Part shown: positions 49,032 to 58,057 of the stretch, piece by piece
Layout of the letters: the number at the start of each line of letters is the position of its first letter
Numbering within the stretch: position 1 is the first letter of the stretch
Source: Alphaproteobacteria bacterium
Lineage (GTDB): Bacteria; Pseudomonadota; Alphaproteobacteria; UBA7887
Length of the DNA stretch: 64,000 nucleotides
Direction: 5' to 3'
Assembly: GCA_965216755.1 (NCBI GenBank)
Contig: CBDCGL010000011.1
Location: 2,944,001-3,008,000, forward strand
Program-made: the position numbers and the translations under genes
Notes under the pieces: generated by a model
Databases searched by the model: none
Seen by the model: the letters and a program-made list of their open reading frames with translations, nothing else
What the model was told of the DNA's origin: nothing

Positions 49032-50015
49032 CTACGCGATGCTGTCGGCCCTGATCAGGCCGCGATCAAGCAACATTTGAAACCTGTGAAATGTTTGGCG
49101 AATGCCCTCATCCATGGACACGGCGCCATAGTCTCCGATCGCCGCGCGAAGTGGCGCATCGGAAAGATCCATGGGAAATGGCAAGGCCGCGCCGTCGCAA
49201 CCGAGATCCACGTCGGGGGCCAACGACCGCAAAATATCTAGCCCATCTTCGACGGTCGATGCGCTGCCGTTGATATCGAAAACGGCAGCGAAATCAAGGG
49301 GTTGAGATATCGCCTTGATGAATGCCGCCGCCGCTTCGCCAGCGTGAATATAGGAAACCGGACCTGTAAAGGGCACGGTGTAGGCAGTGCCTGCTGCCGC
49401 CGCCAGGATCGCGACGGTGGTTTTGGATGTCAGCCCCTGGTCGCGTGCCACGCCATAGACCACACCGGGCCGAAATCCGACGCTCGGCACGCCCCAGTCG
49501 GCAAAATAGACCCGAGCAATCATTTCATCACAAAGTTTGTATGCACCGTACAGGGTCGCCTGATAGGGGCTGTCCTCGGCCATACCGTGGGCGGCGATCG
49601 AACTGGCATAGGCGACTCGCGTGATTTCGTGCTGCCGGGCGGCTTCCAGGATGTTTGCTGTCCCGACCACATTGGCGCGCGCGCCGGCGATCGGGTCGGC
49701 TTTGCAAAATGGCACTTGCAACGCGGCCAAATGAATAATCGCCCGAATTTCATGTGTGGCGACCGCGGACATGACCGCATCGCTATCGCCGATGTCGCCT
49801 GTTTGCCACGGTATTTCGGCGAGCGTGCGCTCATCCAGCAGCAATTTGGGCCGGCGTTTGTTGTCGGACAGATCGAACGCCACGGTGGGGACCCTGGCGC
49901 GGGCCAGCAGCGCCAGCGCCCAGCTGCCGATACAACCGCCGGCGCCTGTCACCAGCACCGGCCCGTCAAGATCTTTAACTGAGACCGGAAAATGTTTGAT
50001 CAAACTGTCGCTCAT
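49032..50015 (-). CDS. NAD-dependent epimerase/dehydratase (extended SDR)
   Basis: Motifs VTGAGGCIG, IIHLAA and YGAYK. Confidence 0.92.
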   Translation of the reverse strand: MSDSLIKHFPVSVKDLDGPVLVTGAGGCIGSWALALLARARVPTVAFDLSDNKRRPKLLLDERTLAEIPWQTGDIGDSDAVMSAVATHEIRAIIHLAALQVPFCKADPIAGARANVVGTANILEAARQHEITRVAYASSIAAHGMAEDSPYQATLYGAYKLCDEMIARVYFADWGVPSVGFRPGVVYGVARDQGLTSKTTVAILAAAAGTAYTVPFTGPVSYIHAGEAAAAFIKAISQPLDFAAVFDINGSASTVEDGLDILRSLAPDVDLGCDGAALPFPMDLSDAPLRAAIGDYGAVSMDEGIRQTFHRFQMLLDRGLIRADSIA

Positions 50016-50155
50016 GGTGATGTCCCTCTCGCTTGGCGTTGCCCCCGGTCGGGTTGCATTCGCGCCCCATTTAGGGCATCACCGGCCGCGGAACACGCGC
50101 CGTGACGCCTGTTGTCTGTCGGCGTGACTTGCCCTGATACACATGGGAGTGGCCT

Positions 50156-50500
50156 ATGTCGACGCGCCCGCCGCCGGAAATCAAAGGCTATCACGCCCAC
50201 GTCTACTACGATCCGACCAATCGTGCGCCGGCCGCCGACCTGCGCGCCGCCGTCGAGGGCCGGTTCACGGTCGAAATGGGCCGCTGGCACGACAAGCCGA
50301 TCGGTCCGCATCCGCGCGCCAGCTACCAAATCGCCTTTGCCCCCGATCAGTTCGCGACTTTGGTGCCGTGGTTGGCCGTCAACCGCGCGGGCTTGACCGT
50401 ATTGGTGCATCCACGTACTGGCGATGATCTCGCCGACCACAGCGCCTTTGTCATGTGGCTGGGCGACTCGGAGTCACTCGACCTCGACAAGCTCGCTTAG
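50156..50500 (+). CDS. DOPA 4,5-dioxygenase family protein
   Basis: Motifs YHAHVYY, PIGPHP..SYQ, VLVHP and DH...WLG. Confidence 0.9.
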   Translation: MSTRPPPEIKGYHAHVYYDPTNRAPAADLRAAVEGRFTVEMGRWHDKPIGPHPRASYQIAFAPDQFATLVPWLAVNRAGLTVLVHPRTGDDLADHSAFVMWLGDSESLDLDKLA

Positions 50501-51730
50501 CGCCTTTGCCGCCGGGCATGGCGCGGTCGCCGTCAAGGCACCGGCCAGATCCCGTTCGAGATCGGAAATGTGCTCCAATCCGACCGACAGGCGCAGCAAG
50601 TTGTCGCCGATCCCGAGCCGCCCACGTTCGGCAGCCGGCAACGAGGCGTGGGTGGTGGTCGCGGGATGGGTTATCAGGGTCTTGGCGTCACCCAGGTTGC
50701 TGGCCACATCAATCAGCCGCAAGCTCGACAGGAAACCGGCCACCGCGGCCGCGCCACTTTTGAGCGTGAAACTCATGACGGTGCCGCCGTGCCGCATCTG
50801 GGCCCGCGCCAAAGACGCTTGCGGATGATCGGCCGTCCCCGGGTAGTACACTGTCTCGATGGCAGGCTGGACGCGCAGCCAACCGGCCAAACTTGCCGCG
50901 GTCGCACTTTGCCGATCCACGCGCACCGCCAAAGTCTCCAGCCCCTTAAGTAGAACCCAGGCATTGAACGGGCTTAAAGCCGGCCCGGTGTGCATCAGGA
51001 ACGTGCCGAGCGGTCCACTGCAAAACGCATTCGACCCGAGCACCGCGCCGCCCAGGCAACGACCCTGACCATCAATATGTTTGGTTGCCGAGTACACGAC
51101 GATATCGGCACCCAATTGCAAAGGTCGCTGGCCGCCTGGCGTCGCCATGACATTATCGACGATCACCACGGCGCCGGCCTGGTGCGCCAGCTTCGCGACC
51201 GCCTGAATATCGACCAGTACCAAGGTTGGATTACTGGGTGTTTCGAAAAACACGCAGCGCGTCCGTGGCTGTAGCGCGGCGCGCCACTGGGCAAGCGCGT
51301 GACCGTCGACGAATGTGGTTTGGATGCCGTAGCGGGGCAGCAGCTCGGCCAACACATAGTGGCACGATCCGAACAGGCTGCGTGCCGCGACCACGTGATC
51401 GCCATAGCGCAGCTGACTCATCAAGGCGGCAAACACCGCGGCCATGCCCGTGGCGGTCGCACGGCACGCCTCGGCGCCCTCGATCGCCGCAAGTCGTTGT
51501 TCAAACATGGTCACGGTCGGATTGCCACAGCGCGAATAGACATAGCCCGGCGTGGCGTCGTTGGGGCCCGGATCGTTGTTCGACGGCCGGTTGACGAACG
51601 CGGCGCTCAGCGCCAACGCCTCGCTCACTTCGCCGAAATCGGACCGTATGGCGCCGGCGCGCACCAGTTGGGTTTCAGGGTGCCAACTCTCAGGCGCTCG
51701 GCGATTGGTTTGATTTCGCGGCTGTGTCAT
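50474..51730 (-). CDS. metZ: O-succinylhomoserine sulfhydrylase
   Basis: YSR.GNPTV, FFETPSNP, PLP lysine in YSATKHIDGQGR, NLGDAK and HPATTTH. SAM riboswitch upstream. Confidence 0.9.
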   Translation of the reverse strand: MTQPRNQTNRRAPESWHPETQLVRAGAIRSDFGEVSEALALSAAFVNRPSNNDPGPNDATPGYVYSRCGNPTVTMFEQRLAAIEGAEACRATATGMAAVFAALMSQLRYGDHVVAARSLFGSCHYVLAELLPRYGIQTTFVDGHALAQWRAALQPRTRCVFFETPSNPTLVLVDIQAVAKLAHQAGAVVIVDNVMATPGGQRPLQLGADIVVYSATKHIDGQGRCLGGAVLGSNAFCSGPLGTFLMHTGPALSPFNAWVLLKGLETLAVRVDRQSATAASLAGWLRVQPAIETVYYPGTADHPQASLARAQMRHGGTVMSFTLKSGAAAVAGFLSSLRLIDVASNLGDAKTLITHPATTTHASLPAAERGRLGIGDNLLRLSVGLEHISDLERDLAGALTATAPCPAAKALSELVEVE

Positions 51731-51777
51731 GTGACAGCTCCCCGTTGGACAACACGGGCCCACGGGCGCTCTCCCGT

Positions 51778-51832
51778 GGCGCTTTAGCTTTGGTGTCGCG
51801 GTGCAAGCTGCCCGATCAAATGCCGCGGATCC
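51778..51832 (-). promoter_or_regulatory. SAM-II (SAM_alpha) riboswitch
   Basis: Minus strand CCGCGGCATTTG-ATCGGGCAGCTTGC-ACCGCG-ACACCAAAGCTAAAG. P1 is CGCGG/CCGCG, with the ATTTG, TTGC and GCTAAA signatures, directly upstream of metZ. Confidence 0.78.
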
Positions 51833-52258
51833 AATTCCGGCATGACGCGTTTCGGCGCCACCCAGGGCTGGTCAAACCCGGCGCGCACGTCACACTGTGT
51901 ACGCCACGCGTTTCCTTGATGACGAAGTTACCACAGACTGTCAAGTTTGGCGGGAGATCGCGATTATGCGGATACGCTAATAATTAATAAGCTATTGCGT
52001 CGGGCGGCCCCGAAGGCGGGAGCGATTAGCCTCCGGGGCCGTGACGGACTCTCATGATGCGCAAGCACTATACCCCACCATGTGGCGGTGCCGGCGTGAC
52101 ATTGCGGAATCAAAAACAGGCGCCGGAATGCAGGGCCTGTGACATGGCGGGCGGCGCCGCACGCCGGCCAAATACGGCAAGTGTGGGGCTTGTCACATGA
52201 CCGGCGACAAGTGCATGGTGCTGAAATACCGGGCAATGGAACATAGAGGAGGCTGACG

Positions 52259-53014
52259 ATGGGGTCCGTGTTGGTAGCGTCGACGCCGCGGCCCGGCGTG
52301 CGCGCTCTGGAAATCAATCGGCCGGAAAAGCGCAACGCACTCAGCAACACCGTTATCGGCGCGTTGGCCGACGCCATCACCGTTGCCCAGGACGACGATG
52401 AACTCGGGTGTCTGGTGATCAGCGGCCGCGGTGGCGTTTTTTCGGCCGGGGCGGACATTGCCGAAATGAACGCGCGCGGTGTCGCCGCGATCGACAATCG
52501 GGTACGGATGGACGGTTGGCACATTATTGAGAATTGTCCCAAACCCGTGATCGCGGCGGTTGAAGGCTATGCTTTTGGCGGCGGCAACGAATTGGCGATG
52601 ACCGCGGACTTCATCGTCGCGGCGGCGGATGCGCGGTTCGGTCAGCCGGAAATCAACCTTGGCATTCTGCCGGGTGATGGCGGCACGCAAAGATTGACTC
52701 GCGCTGTCGGCAAGGCACTGGCGATGCGCATGATGCTGACCGGCGAACCCATTGACGCCGCAACCGCCCAACGCGCCGGCCTGGTCGCCGATATCGTGCC
52801 GGCCGGTCAGGCGCTGAGCCGCGCCCTTGACGTCGCCGAAGTGATCGCGACCAAGAACCCTATTGGCACCGCCATGGTGAAACAGGCAGCCACGGCGGCT
52901 TTCGAAGTGCCGCTGACGGCGGGCCTCGTCGCGGAACGCCAAGCCGTGCGGGTGGCCTTTGCGCGTGGCGCGCACGTCGACGCCATGGACGCGTTCGCCA
53001 GCAAGCGCCGCTAG
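52259..53014 (+). CDS. Enoyl-CoA hydratase/isomerase
   Basis: Motifs NRPEKRNAL, FSAGADI, GGGNELA and QPEINLGILPG. Confidence 0.93.
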   Translation: MGSVLVASTPRPGVRALEINRPEKRNALSNTVIGALADAITVAQDDDELGCLVISGRGGVFSAGADIAEMNARGVAAIDNRVRMDGWHIIENCPKPVIAAVEGYAFGGGNELAMTADFIVAAADARFGQPEINLGILPGDGGTQRLTRAVGKALAMRMMLTGEPIDAATAQRAGLVADIVPAGQALSRALDVAEVIATKNPIGTAMVKQAATAAFEVPLTAGLVAERQAVRVAFARGAHVDAMDAFASKRR

Positions 53015-53057
53015 CCGGTGCTGGCTTGTGTATTAACGATAGGAACGGACGAGGGTG

Positions 53058-53498
53058 ATGAGCGAATTCCATGTGCAAGTCGGCGATACGGTAACCTTCA
53101 GCAAAACCGTGGGCGAAAGTGACATCTATCTGTTTGCCGGCATTACCGGCGATCTTTCCGGCAATCACGTGAACGAGGAATATATGCGCGATTCGTCCTT
53201 TGGGCGGCGCATCGCCCATGGTGCGCTGATGGTCGGTTTCATGTCGACCACGTCGACCATGATGATCGAGCGCAGTGTGCGCCAAGGCATCAACGAAACG
53301 CCGGTTTCGCTCGGCTACGATGGCATTCGATTTTTGGCGCCGGTCTATATCAACGACACGGTCACCGTGACCTACACGATCGATTCGATCGATCCATCCA
53401 AGCGCCGGTCGCGCTCGCGGATCGAGGTGCGCAACCAGAATGACGCGCTGGTCGCGGTCGGCCAACATCACCTGAAGTGGGTGGCCAACAGCGCCTGA
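53058..53498 (+). CDS. MaoC family dehydratase
   Basis: Motifs FAGITGD...HV, RIAHGAL and FLAPVYINDTV. Confidence 0.92.
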   Translation: MSEFHVQVGDTVTFSKTVGESDIYLFAGITGDLSGNHVNEEYMRDSSFGRRIAHGALMVGFMSTTSTMMIERSVRQGINETPVSLGYDGIRFLAPVYINDTVTVTYTIDSIDPSKRRSRSRIEVRNQNDALVAVGQHHLKWVANSA

Positions 53499-53613
53499 AT
53501 TCGTGCCATGCATCGTGGTAGGGAGGTGCCGTGGTTGGTTCGGATCATGGCGACGTCGCAGCGATCAATGATAATTGCCGAAAATTAGCAATAAATGAGA
53601 TGGAACGACGGCA

Positions 53614-53802
53614 ATGTCTTGGCTTGCGGCCTTCTTTCGAGACGACTCTGGTCTGACATCGACCGAATATGCGTTTATCGCCGCATTGGTCTCTGTCGCC
53701 GGCATCATCGGCTATCAGATGCTCGGCGGTTCGGTTCTCGCCACGATGCAAGGAATCGTCACCAAACTTTCGGCAGCCGAGCAGACCGCGACGGGTCCAT
53801 AG
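53614..53802 (+). CDS. flp: Flp family type IVb pilin
   Basis: FFRDDSG/LTSTEYAFIAALV: prepilin Gly cleavage site, E+5 and Y+6, then a hydrophobic helix. Confidence 0.85.
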   Translation: MSWLAAFFRDDSGLTSTEYAFIAALVSVAGIIGYQMLGGSVLATMQGIVTKLSAAEQTATGP

Positions 53803-53871
53803 CCCAAGTCGCGCGCGCCGCGAAGCATTTTTGTCAAAAAAATGAAATTGGCGTGTCGGCGGACACCGGCG

Positions 53872-54372
53872 TTACGCCGCGTGACGTGACGCCAGCTCGG
53901 CGACCAGCGACTGCAGGTCGCCGGAAATGAGGTTCATCAGCCGGGCGCGTGTGCCGGGCTCGGCGAAATACCATCCGCCGCGCGCCAGGGCTTGGTTGTC
54001 GGCCTGGCTCTGTTCCAGGCGCGCCTGGCGCCAAGGTTCCCACCGCGCGGGGTCCGCCGCAAAGGCGGCATGAGCGCTGGTTTGGGCTTCGGCCAGTGCG
54101 GCGCCGGCGTCACCGCCGGTATCGCGCACCTCGCGGTAGTCACAAAGGGCTGCGGGGGTCAAATCCAAGGCACGCGCCAACGCTTCGTCATAGCTGTCGT
54201 TGGGCATGCACAGCCCGGCCGAATCGAGTAAAAACATCAGGGCGCGTTTGATCGTTTCGGCATCCGCGCGACGGTCCGGATCGGCCAGCTCCGCTTCGGC
54301 TGCCCGGGTGGCAAACGCGACGTCCAAGAGCAGCAAGCGCTCGATCAGGGCATCGGGCACGGTCGCGACCAT
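53872..54372 (-). CDS. Hypothetical alpha-helical protein
   Basis: ORF with a GGAG ribosome-binding site and high-GC codon usage like its neighbours. No recognised motif. Confidence 0.6.
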   Translation of the reverse strand: MVATVPDALIERLLLLDVAFATRAAEAELADPDRRADAETIKRALMFLLDSAGLCMPNDSYDEALARALDLTPAALCDYREVRDTGGDAGAALAEAQTSAHAAFAADPARWEPWRQARLEQSQADNQALARGGWYFAEPGTRARLMNLISGDLQSLVAELASRHAA

Positions 54373-54691
54373 CGGGCACTCCAAAAGAAATCGAGGCACG
54401 GACCGACACGATGGCAGGCAAAACGCGACCCTGCCGCCATGTCACCGGTCATGGCATCAGACACGCGCAGCGCCCGGCAGGTGCCGGTATTGTCGATGAA
54501 TATTTGGCCGGTCCCGAGCCTTTCCCTATGGAATTGCGCCCAAACTCGATCGCGTGTGATCGGCGTCACACGGAATTCCAGGTTGAGCAGGCATCATTAG
54601 TGGGTCCGGTTGCATCGCGCCAAGAAGCCCATGCGGTTTTACCGCCGCGATGGTGTCGTGATCGCTATCGACCAAGGGATGGAGACGCAAA

Positions 54692-54892
54692 ATGCCACGC
54701 CAATGTTATCGCCAAATAGGCGCCGCGTTTTCTCGGTTTTTGAATGATGAAGCGGGTGCGACGGCGCTCGAATACGGTTTTCTCATCGCCTTGGTTTCGA
54801 TTGTCTTGATCAGCGCATTGCAGTCTTTCGGATCAACCTTGATCGGTGTGTTCTTGCCGATCGGAGATGAATTGAGCAACTCGGTATCCTGA
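54692..54892 (+). CDS. flp: Flp family type IVb pilin
   Basis: FLNDEAG/ATALEYGFLIALVSIV. GGAG ribosome-binding site. Confidence 0.88.
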   Translation: MPRQCYRQIGAAFSRFLNDEAGATALEYGFLIALVSIVLISALQSFGSTLIGVFLPIGDELSNSVS

Positions 54893-55210
54893 TCCTTTGG
54901 CGGCGGCAAAATGCCGGGGTCGCGGCGTGCCGATACGCTGGCGGGGGCCCTGAGTCGCAAAAATCGGCGGTTCGCGGGCGGTATATCGGGCCGCCAATCC
55001 ATGCAATACGCGCATTCAACACGACATGCTTGGCATTTGCCGCAAGACCCGTACTCTCCACATACAGACGGTTGCGGTGCTCCCTTGCCGCTGCCGGTTC
55101 ATCATAGACGTATCGCATCATTTTGATGTCGAAGGCGCATATGCTGTGCGTCACGGTGGAGTGGACCCTGTTGCGCTGGGAAGGGCCGCAAGGGCGCCGG
55201 AGGCTTCGGA

Positions 55211-55522
55211 TTGGCAAATCGACCAGACAAGAACGACGAAGAACGGCTCTATCAGAAATTCCAAGAACAGGATTGGATCAGTCGCGGCAAGGCCCAGGCC
55301 AGCCGCACACAGCCGCGCGCCGACGAAACGCCCGCGGTCCCAACGGCACAGGGGGCGCCATCGATCCCGGATGCGGACTGCGATAGCCAGATCGATGCGG
55401 CGGAACCAATCCTCGACAAGTATATCGCCGCGGCACGATGGTCGGCGATTGCCGCAAGCGCGTGCGCAGTCGCAGCCTTTTGCGCGGCCATCTCGGCAAT
55501 ATTCACAATCGCAATATCTTAG
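55211..55522 (+). CDS. Hypothetical protein with a C-terminal TM anchor
   Basis: GGAGG 7 nt before TTG; hydrophobic C-terminal helix. Confidence 0.55.
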   Translation: MANRPDKNDEERLYQKFQEQDWISRGKAQASRTQPRADETPAVPTAQGAPSIPDADCDSQIDAAEPILDKYIAAARWSAIAASACAVAAFCAAISAIFTIAIS

Positions 55523-55821
55523 ATTCGTTGATGCCAATTGCGTTTCATGCGAACGCCTATACCAACGCATCATGCATTCTAAAGATGCAAGTAGTGTAAG
55601 AGCTGCGCGGGCGGAAATAGCACCTACGGTTCATTGAATTCGCCGAACGAATTGTTTTCCGATTTTCGGAGTTGGTTGATTATCGCTCCATTGGATTGAT
55701 TGTGTTGCTTTTGCAGCACGTTTGGGTGCATTTTTCGAAATGAACATATGCGCAAAGTGGGTACTTCATGCTGACGAATCAGGATTATGTTCCGGCGAAG
55801 AAGAGCCATAGGCAGCTTGCA

Positions 55822-56496
55822 ATGCGAATTTTGGTTGCGGACGATCACGCGATCTACAGAGCCGGCTTGACGCCCCTGCTCGATCAGCTCGGCGATGATG
55901 TCGAAGTCCGGGAAGCCGGCAGCTTTGACGAGGCCGTGGATTTGTTGGCCAAGGATTCGGGCTATGATTTGATTGTTCTGGATCTGCTAATGCCGTCCAT
56001 GGGGCGTTTCGAAGGTCTGGAGGCGGTGCGACGCGCGGCCCCGGATGTGCCGTTAATTGTGGTGTCGATGATCGAAGCACGGCGCGACGTGTTGCGCGCT
56101 GTTGAGCTGGGAGCCATGGGATACATCCCGAAGACTGCCAGCGGCACCGACATTCTCAAGGCCGTGCGCCGGGTGCTGGACGGCGAAATCTGGATTCCAA
56201 AGGCGCTGCTGGAAGGCGAGGATGAGTCGCCGCCGCTGCCGATCCAGGAGCCAGCACTGACCTACGACGAACTGCCCGAAAATGATCCTCGTGCCCGGCT
56301 GACCGGCCGCCAGCGGCAGGTCTTGTCGATGTTGGCCGAAGGCATGCCGAACGCCGAAATCGCCGACCGTTTGTCTTTGTCAGAGAACACCGTCAAGCTC
56401 TACGTGTCGGCAGTTTTGAAAGCGCTGAATGTCTCCAACCGAACGGAGGCGGCCTTGTTGGCCGCGAATTTGGAGAAGAACGTGCGGCGCCATTAG
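55822..56496 (+). CDS. NarL/LuxR family response regulator
   Basis: Receiver motifs ILVADDH, LDLLMP and GYIPK; HTH LT.RQ..VL...N.EIA..L.LSENTVK. Confidence 0.95.
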   Translation: MRILVADDHAIYRAGLTPLLDQLGDDVEVREAGSFDEAVDLLAKDSGYDLIVLDLLMPSMGRFEGLEAVRRAAPDVPLIVVSMIEARRDVLRAVELGAMGYIPKTASGTDILKAVRRVLDGEIWIPKALLEGEDESPPLPIQEPALTYDELPENDPRARLTGRQRQVLSMLAEGMPNAEIADRLSLSENTVKLYVSAVLKALNVSNRTEAALLAANLEKNVRRH

Positions 56497-56508
56497 ACTT
56501 TCAGTTCT

Positions 56509-56605
56509 CTCGGTGACTCGGTGACAGTTTACTAAATACACTACGTTTTGGGTATCGAGTTTGTTGTCCACCATATTTGGTGTATTTAGTAAACTGTCAC
56601 CGAAA
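56509..56605. repeat. Palindromic MITE/REP-like element, copy 2
   Basis: Arms TCGGTGACAGTTTACTAAATACAC (56518-56541) and GTGTATTTAGTAAACTGTCACCGAAA (56580-56605), a 38-bp spacer, and a tandem CTCGGTGA duplication at the left end. Confidence 0.9.
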
Positions 56606-56613
56606 TTTTGGAA

Positions 56614-57780
56614 TTAGGGGTCGGCACGCACCGCGGTTTCTAACGCTGTCCGTAATCTCGCCGGGTCAATTGGTTTTTGAAGGACCAGAATATCGGGGTC
56701 TTGTTCGTCGTGGTCGACCGGGTCGCCGGTAATGATTAGGGCCGGGATGGCGCGGCCCGCCGCCCGGCGTAGGCGGTGAATTGTTTCCAAGCCTGAGGCA
56801 CCGGGCAGGCGCCGGTCCGCGACGACCACGTCCAACGGTGTCGTCAGTGCCGCCGCAGCGGCGAGAGCCTCCATCGACGACGAAGCTGGAACGACGACGG
56901 CACCCCAATGCTCCAGCAGTGTGGTGGTCGCGTCCAGCACCGCGCCGTCATCTTCAACGACCATGATTGTGCGTCCGTCAAGCTGACCCGCGCGGGCCCG
57001 CCGCAGTTGCGCAACATGCTGGTCTGGTGTGCCACGGTCGACGCACGGCAGACGCAGGGCAAAAAGCGACCCACGGCTCGCTACGGAACGGACAACGATT
57101 TCATGGCCAAGTAATTCGGCCAAACGGTCGGCAATGGCCAAACCCAAGCCGAGACCACTTTCGGCCGCCGTGGTTGGTAGGCGCCGAAAGGCTTCGAAGG
57201 TCGTCGCGATCTTGTCATCCGGAATGCCGATACCGGTGTCCCAGACTTCGATTTGGCAGCTGTCCCCGTGACGTCGCAAACCCACCAATATGCGCCCGCG
57301 ATCGGTAAAACGAATGGCATTGGCGACAAAGATCGCAATGATCCGTTCGGCCCAAATTGGATCGGAATCAAGCACCAGGCGCGACGGTACAGTGCGCAGC
57401 GACAGTCCCTTGACCTCGGCGCGGCCGCGATGCGATGCGGCGATACCATCGAGCAGACGTTGTGCCCGGAACGGCTCGACATCGGGTTGGATCGTGCCGG
57501 CTTCAAGGCGGCTCAGATCGATCAGCGACGTGAGCAGCTCATCGGTGGTTCGGGCGGCCAACTCCATGCGATCGAGCAAACGGTTCCGCGCGGTCGTGTC
57601 CATTTCGTTGCGTGCGGCGTCGAGCAGCAAATGCACGGCCTGAAGCGGTTGACGAATGTCGTGGGCCGCGGCCGCGAACAAGCCCAACCCAGCCGTCGCG
57701 GTATAGCCACTTGTCGCGTCGGTGCCAGCGTCGTCTCTTGTCGGCATTTGCGGATCGCCTCTGTTGGGATGTTGTTCCAT
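56614..57780 (-). CDS. Hybrid histidine kinase (HisKA-HATPase-REC) with no evident sensor domain
   Basis: AAHDIRQPLQA, ANAIRFT, DTGIGI and GLGLGLAI; receiver VVEDD...VADRRLPG...KP. Confidence 0.9.
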   Translation of the reverse strand: MEQHPNRGDPQMPTRDDAGTDATSGYTATAGLGLFAAAAHDIRQPLQAVHLLLDAARNEMDTTARNRLLDRMELAARTTDELLTSLIDLSRLEAGTIQPDVEPFRAQRLLDGIAASHRGRAEVKGLSLRTVPSRLVLDSDPIWAERIIAIFVANAIRFTDRGRILVGLRRHGDSCQIEVWDTGIGIPDDKIATTFEAFRRLPTTAAESGLGLGLAIADRLAELLGHEIVVRSVASRGSLFALRLPCVDRGTPDQHVAQLRRARAGQLDGRTIMVVEDDGAVLDATTTLLEHWGAVVVPASSSMEALAAAAALTTPLDVVVADRRLPGASGLETIHRLRRAAGRAIPALIITGDPVDHDEQDPDILVLQKPIDPARLRTALETAVRADP

Positions 57781-58057
57781 ATGCGTAGACGGTCGCGCCG
57801 TTTCTACCTTGATCTAAGTGTGGGTAATTCGGCGGGCACCGGGCCAAAAGGATCACGTCTCCGGGTACAATTTGCGCAGAGCAGAGGCAACTTAGGCGCG
57901 CCGAGCATGGCTCCCCAGCGCAATCGATCAGTTGATTTGCGGCCGTCAGGTAAAGTATCACCCTCGCGCAGACGTGCTGCTCTGCGTATTTTTCGACCGC
58001 CGCGGACACGCGGACTTAGAGTGAGCAACGTACAGCGTGCCCGCAGAACTTCGCATA

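Noticed and set aside
55003-55105. Cys-rich minus-strand frame (CGEYGSCGKCQACRVECAYC) resembling an Fe-S or Zn motif
   Set aside because: No start codon follows the two upstream TGA stops, and the frame runs antisense into a pilin gene. Probably chance.
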